From an uncultured delta proteobacterium (GTDB taxonomy: Bacteria > Desulfobacterota > Desulfuromonadia > Geobacterales > Pseudopelobacteraceae), in the NCBI GenBank assembly GCA_963772835.1, contig CAVYYZ010000002.1, forward strand, positions 128,001 to 192,000: 64,000 nucleotides of DNA, given 5' to 3'. Shown here one piece after another: positions 11,323 to 22,501 of the stretch (position 1 is its first letter; every line of letters begins with the position of its first letter). The notes beneath the pieces were generated by a model. The model was not told the origin of the DNA and searched no databases. It was given only the letters and a program-made list of their open reading frames with translations. Both the position numbers and the translations under genes were made by a program.

Positions 11323-11559
11323 ACAAAATAAAACAATTTTTTGTATTATCAATATTTTGTTTGACAGGTGAAGGCAAACAGTGATATTTCGATAACCATG
11401 CCTGCATCAGAGTTCAATACATACCATTAAATATCCGCATTAATCGTAGTGTTACGAAGATACTTCTTTACGTTAAGGGCAGAAACCTCACATCTACAAT
11501 TAGACGCATCTCAGTAATACCATCGTTTTATAGGGCCAATAATACAAGGAGTTGATTCG

Positions 11560-12336
11560 ATGGTTCAGCTTTCGTGCAGCGACATACAGCTCAATTTCGG
11601 TGGGGTGCGGGCTCTTTCCGGCGTATCCTTTGAAGTCCAACAAGGCGAGATTTTTGCTATCATCGGCCCCAACGGTGCCGGTAAATCTTCCATGCTCAAC
11701 TGCATCAGCGGTCTGTATCATCCGCAGCAGGGCAAAGTTATTTATGAAAACCTTGATATTACCAGGCTCCCTCCGTATGAGAGAACGAAGCGCGGCATGG
11801 CACGCTCATTTCAGAATATTGCCTTGTTCAAAGGGATGAGTGTCATTGACAACCTTATGATCGGCCGTCATCTCCATCAACACACAGGCATGATTTCCGG
11901 AGGACTGTACTACGGTCCGGCACAAGCAGAAGAAACCAGGCATCGCGAATTCTGCGAAGAAATCATTGAATTCCTTGAAATACAGAGCATCCGCAAATCT
12001 ATCGTCGGGACACTAGCATACGGCTTCCAGAAAAGGGTTGAACTGGCACGTGCTCTGGCTCTCGAACCAAAACTGCTTCTCCTCGATGAGCCTATGGCGG
12101 GAATGAATCATGAAGAAACCGAGGACATGGTGCGCTTTATCCTCGAAACCAACGAAGCCCGTGGCATCACGATTATCATGATCGAACATGATATGGGAGT
12201 CGTCATGGATATTTCAAATACCGTCTGTGTGCTCGATTTCGGCAAGAAGATCGCCGGTGGAACTCCCGAAGAAGTGCAAAAGGACCCACACGTAATCAAG
12301 GCCTACCTTGGCGAAGAAGACCCGGAGGAGCTCTAG
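11560..12336 (+). CDS. Liv-type (HAAT) ABC transporter ATP-binding protein, LivG-like
   Basis: GPNGAGKS Walker A, LLLLDEP, ARSFQNIALF. Confidence 0.9.
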   Translation: MVQLSCSDIQLNFGGVRALSGVSFEVQQGEIFAIIGPNGAGKSSMLNCISGLYHPQQGKVIYENLDITRLPPYERTKRGMARSFQNIALFKGMSVIDNLMIGRHLHQHTGMISGGLYYGPAQAEETRHREFCEEIIEFLEIQSIRKSIVGTLAYGFQKRVELARALALEPKLLLLDEPMAGMNHEETEDMVRFILETNEARGITIIMIEHDMGVVMDISNTVCVLDFGKKIAGGTPEEVQKDPHVIKAYLGEEDPEEL

Positions 12337-14253
12337 GTGCATACTGATCTCAACAACACAACTTTTCCCAAACTGCTGAAGGCGCAGGCCGCGACGTTTG
12401 GATCGAAGAAAACAGCTCTGCGAAAAAAAGGACTCGGCATTTGGCAGAGCTTCAGTTGGCAGCAGTATTTCGATAATGTCCACATCCTGGCACTTGGTCT
12501 TCACTCGCTTGGCCTCAGACCCGGAGACAAACTCGCCATAATCGGAAACAACCGCCCTGAGTCACTGTTTGCCCAAATCGCTGCACAGGCTGCGGGAGGA
12601 ATAGCTGTTTCACTGTATCAGGATTTAACTCCACGGGAAGTGGCCGATGCGCTTGTAAAATTCGACATCAACTTCGTAATCGCCGAGGACCAAGAGCAGG
12701 TTGACAAAATCCTTGACCAGCAGGAGCGGTTCCCCTCTCTTCGCCGAATCATCTATATCCAGAACCGGGGGATGCGTAAATACCATGACGAATCACTTGT
12801 CAGCTTAGAATCTGTCCGGGATCTTGGTTCGGCACTCGGCTCCCGGGAACCGGAACTTTTTGACACCCTGATCGCGGCAGGAAACGGTGATGACACGGCT
12901 ATCATTTGCCTGACCTCGGGTACTTCGGGGCCTACGAAGGGCGCAATGCTTTCCTTCACAAACCTGATCAGTATGTGCATTGCCTTCGATGAAGCGGACC
13001 CGAAAAACTCACAGGATGAATTTGTATCACTTCTACCGCTTGCCTGGTTCGGCGAACAGCTTATGTCTGTTGCCGCGCCGCTTGTAGTCGGTTATACGGT
13101 CAACTTTCCTGAAAAGCAGGAAACTGCCATGGCTGATCTTCGTGAAATCGGACCGCACCTGATGCTCTCCCCTCCTAAAGTATGGGAATCTATTGCTGCC
13201 ACAGTACGCGTCAGGATGATGGACTCGACTCCGTTTAAAAAATTTATGTTTAATACGTTCATGCCGATCGGTGAACGCTATGCCGACTGTGTGTTGGCCG
13301 GCACATCACCATCGCTCTCTCTAAGGACAGGTCGTTTTTTTGCTGACATACTCCTTTTCAGAGCCCTCAAGGACAGGCTTGGTCTTTCCAATATCCGTTC
13401 AGCCCTGACCGGAGGAGCCTCACTCGGGACCAACGTTTTCAGATTTTTTCATGCAATCGGTGTCAACCTGAAACAGCTGTACGGACAGACGGAGATCTCC
13501 GGAGCATCCTGTATGCATCGCAACGGCGATGTGAGAGCGGCCACCGTCGGTTTACCGCTACCCGGTTCCGAGATAAGAATTGGGGAGGATGGAGAAATCC
13601 TTTCCCGAAGCGCAGGAGTTTTCAAAGGGTATTATGGCGATGAAGAGTCTACCCGAATGGCGGTTACTGCAGATGGCTGGCTGAGATCAGGCGATGCCGG
13701 ATATTTGGATTCAAGCGGTCACCTTACTATTACAGACCGGATAACAGATATTTTAACCTTTTCTGACGGCTCACATTTTTCGGCACAGCAGATTGAAAAC
13801 AACCTCCGCTTTTCACCGTATATCGCCGAAGCGATCGTTTTTGGTGGCAACGACGTTCCTCTGGTTGCCTTGATCGGCATTACCAGTCGGGTTGTTGGAA
13901 AATGGGCTGGCGACAACAAATTATCTTACATGACTTTTGCCGACCTGACTTCGAGACCAGAAGTAATAGACTTAATAGCCGGCGAAGTTGCCGCAGCGAA
14001 TACTGCGATGCCCCCACAGGCCCAAATTGTCCGCTTTGCAATTATATACAAAGAACTTGATGCCGATGAAGGAGAATTGACCCGTACCGGAAAGATACGC
14101 AGGCAAACCGTCGGAACCATTTACAAAGAACTTGTCGACGCACTCCACTCGGGGATTAATACTGTCCCCATCGACACCACCATAGAATTTCCAGACGGCA
14201 AAACAGGGCATATTATGACCACCGTTACCATCAGAACAACCCACGCGGAGTAA
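12337..14253 (+). CDS. Long-chain acyl-CoA synthetase (AMP-binding) embedded in the ABC operon
   Basis: LTSGTSGPTKG P-loop, YGQTE, GWLRSGD and ELTRTGK motifs. Confidence 0.88.
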   Translation: MHTDLNNTTFPKLLKAQAATFGSKKTALRKKGLGIWQSFSWQQYFDNVHILALGLHSLGLRPGDKLAIIGNNRPESLFAQIAAQAAGGIAVSLYQDLTPREVADALVKFDINFVIAEDQEQVDKILDQQERFPSLRRIIYIQNRGMRKYHDESLVSLESVRDLGSALGSREPELFDTLIAAGNGDDTAIICLTSGTSGPTKGAMLSFTNLISMCIAFDEADPKNSQDEFVSLLPLAWFGEQLMSVAAPLVVGYTVNFPEKQETAMADLREIGPHLMLSPPKVWESIAATVRVRMMDSTPFKKFMFNTFMPIGERYADCVLAGTSPSLSLRTGRFFADILLFRALKDRLGLSNIRSALTGGASLGTNVFRFFHAIGVNLKQLYGQTEISGASCMHRNGDVRAATVGLPLPGSEIRIGEDGEILSRSAGVFKGYYGDEESTRMAVTADGWLRSGDAGYLDSSGHLTITDRITDILTFSDGSHFSAQQIENNLRFSPYIAEAIVFGGNDVPLVALIGITSRVVGKWAGDNKLSYMTFADLTSRPEVIDLIAGEVAAANTAMPPQAQIVRFAIIYKELDADEGELTRTGKIRRQTVGTIYKELVDALHSGINTVPIDTTIEFPDGKTGHIMTTVTIRTTHAE

Positions 14254-14258
14254 TCACT

Positions 14259-15152
14259 ATGGACATCACCTTTCTCCTGCAACTTCTTATCAATGGTATC
14301 GTGGTCGGCAGCATTTATGCTCTGGTAGCCACCGGATTTGTTATCATATACAAGGCCACCAGTGCGCTTAATCTGGCTCAGGGAGAGTTTTTGATGGTTG
14401 GCGCGTATATTTGCCTTAACCTTCTCTCGAAACATCAGATACCGTTTTGGCAGGCTATCCTGATCACATTTGCATTTTCTGCTCTCCTCGGGGCCGTTAT
14501 CGAACGCCTGATTCTTCGCCCATTGATCGGTTCTCATCTGATTTCCGTGATTATGGTTACCCTTGGACTCTCAAGCATTCTTAAAGCACTGATTCAACTT
14601 GCGTACGGTACTGACACCATACCTTTTCCCGAGGTATTTCCGAGTGCACCGGTACAAATCGGCCCGATCCCGGTTTCACAGGGTTATCTGTATGCCATCG
14701 GCTGTGTAACAATTCTGGTCACACTTCTGACATCGTTCTTCAAATATTCAAAAACTGGCGTAGCGATGCGGGCAACAGCTTCAAGCCAGCAGGTTGCCCT
14801 CTCAATGGGTATAAGCGTTAAGAAGATGTTTGCCATTTCCTGGGCTATCGCCGCCATTGTTTCAGCCATGGGCGGCATTCTACTCGGTACGATCCGTGGC
14901 GGAATAGATATGTCACTGAGTTTTATGGGTCTTAAAGTTCTGCCGGTTGTTATTTTAGGGGGGCTTGACAGCATTCTCGGAGCCATCGTAGGAGGACTCA
15001 TCATCGGCATACTGGAGAATTTTTCCGGTGGGTACATCGACCCTCTGGTCGGTGGCGGTGCCAAGGAAGTCGCCCCGTATATCGCTCTGATTCTGATTCT
15101 GATGTTTAAACCATACGGACTGTTCGGCAAAAAGAAAATTGAGCGGGTCTAG
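14259..15152 (+). CDS. Liv-type ABC permease, LivH-like
   Basis: GSIYALVATGF..IYK, NLAQGE, KTGVAMRA; hydrophobic. Confidence 0.9.
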   Translation: MDITFLLQLLINGIVVGSIYALVATGFVIIYKATSALNLAQGEFLMVGAYICLNLLSKHQIPFWQAILITFAFSALLGAVIERLILRPLIGSHLISVIMVTLGLSSILKALIQLAYGTDTIPFPEVFPSAPVQIGPIPVSQGYLYAIGCVTILVTLLTSFFKYSKTGVAMRATASSQQVALSMGISVKKMFAISWAIAAIVSAMGGILLGTIRGGIDMSLSFMGLKVLPVVILGGLDSILGAIVGGLIIGILENFSGGYIDPLVGGGAKEVAPYIALILILMFKPYGLFGKKKIERV

Positions 15153-15252
15153 TTTTCACCTGGCACTATCATTAACCGGAACTGTGCGTTAAAGAGACCG
15201 GTTCTCGAAGTAATTGTAACTATTATTTTTAACTTACTCAATGTGAGGTGTT

Positions 15253-16296
15253 ATGCGGTGCGGTGACTTCAAAACTTCCTATACGGCAGACATGACAATC
15301 TTTGAATCTAGATCGGCGCGAGTCATGCTGGTCATTTTTCTCTGTTTTCTTTTTACCCTTCCGCTATACACTCCCGGTTACCTGCTGGACATCATCAACC
15401 GGATCGGCATCGCGATTATCGGAGCTGTCGGTCTCAACATTCTGACCGGCTTCACCGGCCAGATATCACTCGGAAATGCCGCGTTCATGGCGATCGGTGC
15501 CTTTTCATGCGGTTATCTCGGTACACGATTCAATATCCCCTTCTATCTCTGCATCCCTCTGGCAGGCCTTATTACCGCATCGTTCGGAATGTTTGTCGGC
15601 ATCCCTTCGCTCCGGATCAAGGGACTCTATCTTGCAATGGCAACATTGGCAGCCCATTTTATCGTGGAGTTTATTATCGTCAAATGGGAATCTGTAACCG
15701 GTGGTGTCAATGGAATCACAATTCCAACCCCTGCCCTGGGGAGTTATGCACTTGACTCTGACGCTCGATTATTTGTGCTGATATTTGTTATTGTTATCCT
15801 GGCTGTGCTGTTTGCAACAAATCTGTTTCGTACCAAAGTCGGCAAAGCATTTGTGGCAATTCGTGATCAGGCTATCTCGGCGGAGGTTATGGGAGTCAAT
15901 ATTCTGAAATACAAACTCTTCTCTTTCGGTATCAGCTCATTTTATGTCGGCGTAGCAGGTGCTTTGATTGCCTATCAGTCAAGAATCATCTCCCCTGAGT
16001 CATTTCCGGTTTCCTTGGCAATAGACTATCTCGGTATGATTATTATCGGCGGTCTTGGCAGTATTCTTGGATCAATCTATGGTGCAATCTTTATCAAACT
16101 ACTGCCCGAACTACTAAGAATGGTTACTACTTCGCTCTCTGGCTCCTATCCCGAACTGATCTACAAATTTGCTGCAATGAAAGAACTGATATTTGGAACG
16201 CTGGTAATTGTTTTTCTGATTTTTGAGCCAAACGGCATGGCGTCCCGATGGCACAGCATAAAAAAATACTGGAAGCTCTACCCGTTTTCACATTGA
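15253..16296 (+). CDS. Liv-type ABC permease, LivM-like
   Basis: GLNILTGFTGQISLG and LRIKGLYLAMATLA motifs. Confidence 0.9.
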   Translation: MRCGDFKTSYTADMTIFESRSARVMLVIFLCFLFTLPLYTPGYLLDIINRIGIAIIGAVGLNILTGFTGQISLGNAAFMAIGAFSCGYLGTRFNIPFYLCIPLAGLITASFGMFVGIPSLRIKGLYLAMATLAAHFIVEFIIVKWESVTGGVNGITIPTPALGSYALDSDARLFVLIFVIVILAVLFATNLFRTKVGKAFVAIRDQAISAEVMGVNILKYKLFSFGISSFYVGVAGALIAYQSRIISPESFPVSLAIDYLGMIIIGGLGSILGSIYGAIFIKLLPELLRMVTTSLSGSYPELIYKFAAMKELIFGTLVIVFLIFEPNGMASRWHSIKKYWKLYPFSH

Positions 16297-16398
16297 TACT
16301 ATTAGATTAGTGAAAACAGCTCATTAGGGAAAGCAGGGACATCTCGCTTTACAGCAAGATGATATTCTTAAGGCAGCACAACTGAAAGGGAGGTACGT

Positions 16399-17580
16399 AT
16401 GAAACTGAGCAGAATTGTGGCTTCATTGGTAGCGGTACTTGTAGCGGCATCGGCATCATTTGCAGCGGAGACGATAAAAGTCGGCGGGTTATGGGATTTG
16501 ACCGGCGTGACTGCCGACGTTGGCAAACCGTTCGCCCAAGGGGTTCAGGATGCTATTGCCTATGTTAATTCAAAGGGCGGAGTTAACGGCAAGCAGATCG
16601 AACTGATAAATGTTGATTATGCGTACAAGATTCCTCAGGCCAACGCCACCTACAAAAAGTTTGTCCAACAGGACAAAGTTGTCATGATCAACGGGTGGGG
16701 GACAGGCGACACAGAAGCTTTGAAAAATATTATTACCCAAGACAAGATCCCCTATTTTTCAGCATCCTACTCCGGTCACCTGACTGACCCGACCAAAACA
16801 CCCTATAACTTTTTCGTCGGTGCCAGCTATTCTGATCAGATTCGCGGATTTCTGCAATTCGTTAAAAAGGATTACAAAGGGAAGGGTGCTCCCAAAGTGG
16901 CCTTTATCTATCCCAATCACGGCTTCGGCAAAGCTCCGATTGAAGCCGGCAGACAGTACGCTAAAGAGTTAGGAATTCAGGTTGTTCACGAAGAAATAAT
17001 TCCGGCCAGTTTTCAGGATGCAACCTCAAATCTACTCAATATGCAAAAAGCAGCACCTGATTATGCCTATGTTCAGGATACCGTTTCATGGTGCGCAGTA
17101 CTCCTCAAGGATGCAAAAAAACTTGGCATCAAAACAACATTTTTCCTGGGTAATTACGGTATGACCGAAGCCCTTCCACTGCTTGCTAAAGACGCTGCCG
17201 AAGGGGTCTATGGTATGGCGACACACGCTCCCTATGGAGCACATGTTCCCGGCATGAAAGTGATCACTGACTGGAACAAGAAACACCCGTCAAATGATTC
17301 TCATGACACTGTCTATGTACGTGGCTGGTCGTATGGGCTCGTCTGGTCAGAAGGCCTCAAGATTGCAGACAAGAACAAACAGTTGAATGGTGAGGGTGTT
17401 AAGAACGCTCTCGAAACACTGCATAATTTTGATACAGGCGGTCTTGTACCACCAATTACCTACACTTCCACAGATCATCGTCCGACCACAAAAACAACCA
17501 TATATGTTATTAAAGGTGGCAAAATGACCAAGGTTGAGGATGTTGAAATACCACGCAAGAAAGAGTATCTGGGGTTATAA
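16399..17580 (+). CDS. Periplasmic substrate-binding protein (Leu/Ile/Val-binding family)
   Basis: Signal peptide ending ASFA, IKVGGLWDLTG, NSKGGVNGKQIEL. Confidence 0.88.
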   Translation: MKLSRIVASLVAVLVAASASFAAETIKVGGLWDLTGVTADVGKPFAQGVQDAIAYVNSKGGVNGKQIELINVDYAYKIPQANATYKKFVQQDKVVMINGWGTGDTEALKNIITQDKIPYFSASYSGHLTDPTKTPYNFFVGASYSDQIRGFLQFVKKDYKGKGAPKVAFIYPNHGFGKAPIEAGRQYAKELGIQVVHEEIIPASFQDATSNLLNMQKAAPDYAYVQDTVSWCAVLLKDAKKLGIKTTFFLGNYGMTEALPLLAKDAAEGVYGMATHAPYGAHVPGMKVITDWNKKHPSNDSHDTVYVRGWSYGLVWSEGLKIADKNKQLNGEGVKNALETLHNFDTGGLVPPITYTSTDHRPTTKTTIYVIKGGKMTKVEDVEIPRKKEYLGL

Positions 17581-17599
17581 TCAATCTGAACTTTTAATC

Positions 17600-17624
17600 A
17601 GGGGGGCATTACGCCCCCCTCTTT
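17600..17624 (+). terminator. Hairpin after the binding-protein gene (partial terminator or mRNA stabiliser)
   Basis: AGGGGGGC-ATTAC-GCCCCCCT followed by CTTT. Confidence 0.6.
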
Positions 17625-17645
17625 AAAAAAACGAGGCACGCAAAC

Positions 17646-18437
17646 ATGCTCACCATCAGTAATGCAGAAGTAATTTACAACCGCGTAATCCTGGTACTCA
17701 AAGGGCTTTCTCTGCATGTACCTGAAGGAAAGATTGTGGCATTGCTGGGAGCTAATGGAGCCGGTAAAAGCACTACTCTCAAAGCTATATCAGGGCTTCT
17801 CAAGTCAGAGGAGGGAGAGGTTTCAGCAGGTTCAATCGATTTTATGGGCGAACGCATCAATAACCTGGATCCTGAGGAAATCGTAAGAAAAGGAATCTTT
17901 CAGGTAATGGAAGGGCGCAGAGTTTTCGATGATCTGACCGTAGATGAAAATCTTGTTGTCGGTGGACATACCCGCAAGGATTCGGCCGGTTTCAAACGAG
18001 ACAAGGACCTGGTCTATGATTACTTTCCCCGTCTTCGTGAACGTAGCAACCAGTTATCCGGTTTCCTGAGCGGTGGAGAACAACAGATGCTTGCCATCGG
18101 CAGGGCACTTATGGCACGACCAAAGCTGATGCTGCTCGATGAGCCGTCACTTGGCATTGCACCATTGCTTGTTCAGGAAATATTCCAACTTATAAAAAAA
18201 ATAAACTACGAAGAAAAAACAACTATACTATTGGTAGAACAGAACGCCAATGTTGCTTTCAGCATCTGTGATCATGCATACATAATGGAGGGCGGACGGG
18301 TTGCTATGAGTGGCACTGTCGATCAAATGAAATCAAATGAAGATGTCAAAGAGTTTTATCTGGGGATGGGCGAGGGTAAAGAGAAGAAAAACTACCGGGA
18401 CTTAAAGAGTTACAAGAGGCGTAAACGGTGGCTGTAA
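17646..18437 (+). CDS. Liv-type ABC ATP-binding protein, LivF-like
   Basis: GANGAGKS, LSGGEQQMLAIGRAL and LDEPSLG motifs. Confidence 0.9.
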   Translation: MLTISNAEVIYNRVILVLKGLSLHVPEGKIVALLGANGAGKSTTLKAISGLLKSEEGEVSAGSIDFMGERINNLDPEEIVRKGIFQVMEGRRVFDDLTVDENLVVGGHTRKDSAGFKRDKDLVYDYFPRLRERSNQLSGFLSGGEQQMLAIGRALMARPKLMLLDEPSLGIAPLLVQEIFQLIKKINYEEKTTILLVEQNANVAFSICDHAYIMEGGRVAMSGTVDQMKSNEDVKEFYLGMGEGKEKKNYRDLKSYKRRKRWL

Positions 18438-18487
18438 CTTTCAGAGCTTAACGGATAAGCCTGCAATAATACGTAAGGAGCCATGTA

Positions 18488-19297
18488 ATGGGAATCAGGG
18501 ATATATTGGTGCATCTTGACAATCTTGACGCAACCGGAAATCGATTGGAATTAGCTGTTAAATATGCCCAGAAGCATGGAGCTAATCTCAGGGGGTTGTA
18601 TATTGCAAACAACACATTTTTCGAGCCGCGTAATAGTCTGGAACAGTCAAACTACGAACGAGTCGAGACAATGTTCAGAGAAAAGTCGGCTGCTTCCGGA
18701 ATTTCATCCGAATGGATCAAACTAGGCCGTTCGAGTAACGGTGCCGGCATAATGGATATAATGACCACCCATTCCTATTACACGGATCTAGTCGTTGTCG
18801 GGCAACCACATTTAAAACAAGCGAGCCTGAATATACAGCCGGACCTACCTGAGCGTCTTGTGATGCTATGCGGCCGGCCAGTCCTCATCGTACCATATGT
18901 GGGGTCCTTTGAAACAGCCGGAGATCGAATCATGATCGCCTGGAGAGCTGGTCGCGAATCAGTTAGAAGCGTAAATGACGCGATGCCGTGTATCGAAAAG
19001 GCTCATCACGTTTCCGTGATTGAAGTTAGCGTGGAATCAATCCCTGCTGAGAGTAACGACCATATCGCATATGTACGTGACTTTATTGCCCGACATAATG
19101 TAACAGCACGAACCGAACAGATTTTTGCCGGGAACTTTTCAGTCGGCGACACTATACTTAACCTTGCCTGTGAGAAAACAGTCGACTTGCTGGTAATGGG
19201 ATCGTACGCCCATTCAAAGAGGGGGACTCTCATTTTAAGCCCTGTCGCTAATCACATCCTAAAACATTTAACTTTGCCAGTTCTTATGTCACATTGA
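18488..19297 (+). CDS. Universal stress protein (tandem USP)
   Basis: DILVHLD, GRPVLIVP, DLLVMGSYAHS and C-terminal PVLMSH. Confidence 0.85.
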   Translation: MGIRDILVHLDNLDATGNRLELAVKYAQKHGANLRGLYIANNTFFEPRNSLEQSNYERVETMFREKSAASGISSEWIKLGRSSNGAGIMDIMTTHSYYTDLVVVGQPHLKQASLNIQPDLPERLVMLCGRPVLIVPYVGSFETAGDRIMIAWRAGRESVRSVNDAMPCIEKAHHVSVIEVSVESIPAESNDHIAYVRDFIARHNVTARTEQIFAGNFSVGDTILNLACEKTVDLLVMGSYAHSKRGTLILSPVANHILKHLTLPVLMSH

Positions 19298-19330
19298 AAT
19301 TGAATTTACCATTGGACACACAAGAGAGCC

Positions 19331-19732
19331 ATGAACAATACACATGAGAATGAAGAATTAATTTCAATTGGTGACCTGGCCAAGAGCCTGGGACTTACCA
19401 CGAGAACCTTGCGCTATTGGGAAGAATCCGGAATCATTGAAGCTGCCCCGAGATCAGACGGCAGCAACCGCTTTTACAAACAGGATATTGCAAAAAGAGT
19501 TCGCTTTATTATTAAACTTAAAGAGCTTGGCCTGACAATTCAGGAGTTACAGGATCTTTACAATGCATATGGCGAAGCGAAAAGAACTGATCGAATGATT
19601 CCGGCACTCGTCCGGGTATTGGATAAACACATCAATCTTGTGGATGAAAAAATGGCTCGTATGGCTTCATTACGGAAAGATATTGTAGAATATCGCCAAC
19701 GCATGCATTCAAAATTGAATACAATCGCTTAG
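19331..19732 (+). CDS. MerR-family regulator, LiuR-like
   Basis: SIGDLAKSLGLTTRTLRYWEE HTH, no metal-binding Cys, liu context. Confidence 0.8.
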   Translation: MNNTHENEELISIGDLAKSLGLTTRTLRYWEESGIIEAAPRSDGSNRFYKQDIAKRVRFIIKLKELGLTIQELQDLYNAYGEAKRTDRMIPALVRVLDKHINLVDEKMARMASLRKDIVEYRQRMHSKLNTIA

Positions 19733-19782
19733 TAGACGACCTGATTATACCTTATCGATTATTTTGTTAATCAAGCCAACAC

Positions 19783-19818
19783 ACAAAAGCGGCGTGGAAG
19801 AATCCACGCCGCTTTTGT
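19783..19818. terminator. Bidirectional intrinsic terminator between merR and rplQ
   Basis: ACAAAAGCGGCGTGGA-AGAA-TCCACGCCGCTTTTGT perfect inverted repeat. Confidence 0.85.
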
Positions 19819-19898
19819 ATTAACTATATAGTTTCTTAACTTGATCAGTCACCCGAAATTGAATATAGCGGTTCCAGGGACAACCATCCGGCATTTTA

Positions 19899-20297
19899 TT
19901 AGGCTTTAGCAGAAGCCAGTTTTGCCTTGGCTGGTTTGATTTCCTCTTCAACAAGTTCAATCAGAGAGACCGGTGCGGCATCGCCCTGACGAATACCAAG
20001 TTTAATGATTCTGGTATAGCCACCAAGACGTTCCTTATAACGAGGAGCAATTGTTGAAAACAATTTAGAAACAACCGATTTTTCGCGAATCACAGAAGCG
20101 GCCAATCGCATTGAATGAAGATCACCACGCTTACCGAGAGTTATCATCTGCTCAGCAACAACACGAATTTCTTTAGCTTTTGCATCTGTCGTGGTAATTT
20201 TCCCGTGATCAAGAAGTGAAGTTACCATATTTCTGAACATCGCAACGCGATGACTCGTTTTTCTGCCTAATCTTCTGCCAGATTTATTGTGACGCAT
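19899..20297 (-). CDS. rplQ: 50S ribosomal protein L17
   Basis: [20 protein letters not shown]. Confidence 0.98.
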   Translation of the reverse strand: MRHNKSGRRLGRKTSHRVAMFRNMVTSLLDHGKITTTDAKAKEIRVVAEQMITLGKRGDLHSMRLAASVIREKSVVSKLFSTIAPRYKERLGGYTRIIKLGIRQGDAAPVSLIELVEEEIKPAKAKLASAKA

Positions 20298-20335
20298 ATA
20301 AATATTTCCTTTCTAAACTAGACCGGTTATTAAGA

Positions 20336-21358
20336 TTACTCTTCTTCTTTTTGCTCGCCACGTAAACGAATCATCAACTCTGGATCGGGGAAACTATCAA
20401 TTTTCATCCCGAAAGTAAGACCCATATCAGAGAGAATATCTTTTATTTCATTGAGTGATTTGCGACCAAAATTCTGAGTTTTTAACATTTCCGACTCAGA
20501 TTTTGTTACCAATTCACCGATTAGCTTTATACCGGCATTCTTAAGACAATTAGCAGACCGGACAGAAAGCTCTAACTCTTCAACGGTGCGATAAAGATTT
20601 TCATTTACCTTATCTTTATCTTCCTGAGATTCTTCATCAACCTCAGGTTCGAATTCCTCATCAAAATTAATGAATATGGAAAGCTGCTCCTTCAGAATCT
20701 TTGCAGAGTAAGCGACAGCATCTTCTGGTTTAACACTTCCATCAGTCCATATTTCAAGGTTAAGCTTGTCATAATCTGTCATTTGACCGACACGAGCATT
20801 AGTAACTGAAAAGTTAACCTTTTTAATGGGTGTGTAAATCGAATCAATCGGAATAGTTCCAACCGGCGCCTTTTCATCACGATTACGGTCAGCAGAAACG
20901 TAACCTTTGCCCATTTTTACGGTCATCTCTACATCAAGATTTGCGTCCTTCCCACACGTTGCAATATAGTGATCAGGATTCATTACTTCAACATTATGAC
21001 CGACAATGATATCGCCGGCAGTAATAACTCCGACTCCCTTATGTTTAAAGTGAATCACTGCCTGATCTGAAGAATGTAATTTGAGCCGTACTCCCTTGAG
21101 ATTCAGGATTATATCTGTTACATCTTCAGTGACTCCCTGAATGACAGAGAATTCGTGCAATACACCTTTAATCCTGAGAGACGTAATAGCGGCCCCTTGC
21201 AGAGAAGAAAGCAACACTCGTCTGAGGGAATTACCCAAAGTAGTGCCAAATCCTCGTTCAAAAGGTTCCGCATAAAACTTACCATAAGTAGCTGTTAAAG
21301 TATTCTTTTCAACCTGAAGTTGTTTCGGTTTAATAAGATCCCGCCAGTTTTTATACAT
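20336..21358 (-). CDS. rpoA: RNA polymerase alpha subunit
   Basis: [28 protein letters not shown]. Confidence 0.98.
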   Translation of the reverse strand: MYKNWRDLIKPKQLQVEKNTLTATYGKFYAEPFERGFGTTLGNSLRRVLLSSLQGAAITSLRIKGVLHEFSVIQGVTEDVTDIILNLKGVRLKLHSSDQAVIHFKHKGVGVITAGDIIVGHNVEVMNPDHYIATCGKDANLDVEMTVKMGKGYVSADRNRDEKAPVGTIPIDSIYTPIKKVNFSVTNARVGQMTDYDKLNLEIWTDGSVKPEDAVAYSAKILKEQLSIFINFDEEFEPEVDEESQEDKDKVNENLYRTVEELELSVRSANCLKNAGIKLIGELVTKSESEMLKTQNFGRKSLNEIKDILSDMGLTFGMKIDSFPDPELMIRLRGEQKEEE

Positions 21359-21423
21359 TGCTACCTCCTCCGGAAATAGAAAACCGGGTGTCGTTAAAAA
21401 CTAGAATCAGCAGCTTCCAGAAA

Positions 21424-22050
21424 TTACTTTGAATAGAGCTCAACAATGAGCTGTTCCTGGATAGGAGTGGTGATATCCTCACGAGTCGGAACACCTTTAA
21501 GTGTGCCTTTGAAGGAATCACGGTCTAGCTCTAACCACTGCGGAATTCCGCGACGTACAACCGCTTCCAGAGCGTCATTAATAGCAACAACCTTGCGGCT
21601 TTTCTCCCGTAACTCAATAACATCTCCAGCTCTAAGCTGAACAGATGGAATATCGACTTTTCGACCATTAATAGTAAAGTGGCCATGGCGAACGAGTTGT
21701 CGGGATTCTGAACGAGAAGTTGCAAAACCAAGGCGATATGCAACATTATCAAATCTACGCTCAAGTAAGGAAAGAAGATTCTCGCCAGTAACGCCTTTCA
21801 TTCTATCAGCTAACTTGAAGTAACTGCGAAACTGCTTCTCAAGGATACAATAGATACGGCGTACTTTTTGTTTTTCACGAAGCTGTGTGCCGTAAGCGGA
21901 TACTTTAGTCCTGCCCTGTCCATGCTGGCCTGGAGCGTAATTACGACGTTTAATTGCACACTTGTCAGTGTAGCAACGATCACCTTTTAAAAACAGTTCT
22001 GTGTTTTCTCTTCTGCACAAACGGCATGAAGGTCCTGTATATCGAGCCAA
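21424..22050 (-). CDS. rpsD: 30S ribosomal protein S4
   Basis: [18 protein letters not shown] start. Confidence 0.98.
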   Translation of the reverse strand: MARYTGPSCRLCRRENTELFLKGDRCYTDKCAIKRRNYAPGQHGQGRTKVSAYGTQLREKQKVRRIYCILEKQFRSYFKLADRMKGVTGENLLSLLERRFDNVAYRLGFATSRSESRQLVRHGHFTINGRKVDIPSVQLRAGDVIELREKSRKVVAINDALEAVVRRGIPQWLELDRDSFKGTLKGVPTREDITTPIQEQLIVELYSK

Positions 22051-22082
22051 TGAAAACCCCCTTGAAAGTTGTTACGAATAAA

Positions 22083-22478
22083 TTAAACTCTTCTTCTCTT
22101 TGGCGGACGGCAGCCGTTGTGAGGAATTGGCGTAACGTCTTTAATGAAACTTATGCTGAAACCAGCCGCCTGAAGTGCACGAAGAGCAGATTCACGACCG
22201 GAACCAGGACCCTTAACATAGACTTCAACAGTACGCATTCCATGCTCTTGAGCTTTTTTGGCGCAATCTTCAGCAGCAATCTGAGCAGCAAACGGAGTAC
22301 TTTTGCGCGAGCCCTTAAAACCTTTGGCACCTGCTGTCGACCAAGCAACAACATTTCCAACAGGATCGGTAATTGTAATAATAGTGTTGTTAAAAGTTGC
22401 CTGAATATGAGCAACACCATTTGAAATATTTTTACGTTCTTTTTTCTTACGTACGACCTTTTTTGTTGGACTTGCCAT
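22083..22478 (-). CDS. rpsK: 30S ribosomal protein S11
   Basis: [28 protein letters not shown]. Confidence 0.98.
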   Translation of the reverse strand: MASPTKKVVRKKKERKNISNGVAHIQATFNNTIITITDPVGNVVAWSTAGAKGFKGSRKSTPFAAQIAAEDCAKKAQEHGMRTVEVYVKGPGSGRESALRALQAAGFSISFIKDVTPIPHNGCRPPKRRRV

Positions 22479-22501
22479 TCGTATTCTCCAGAGCTAGTTT
22501 A

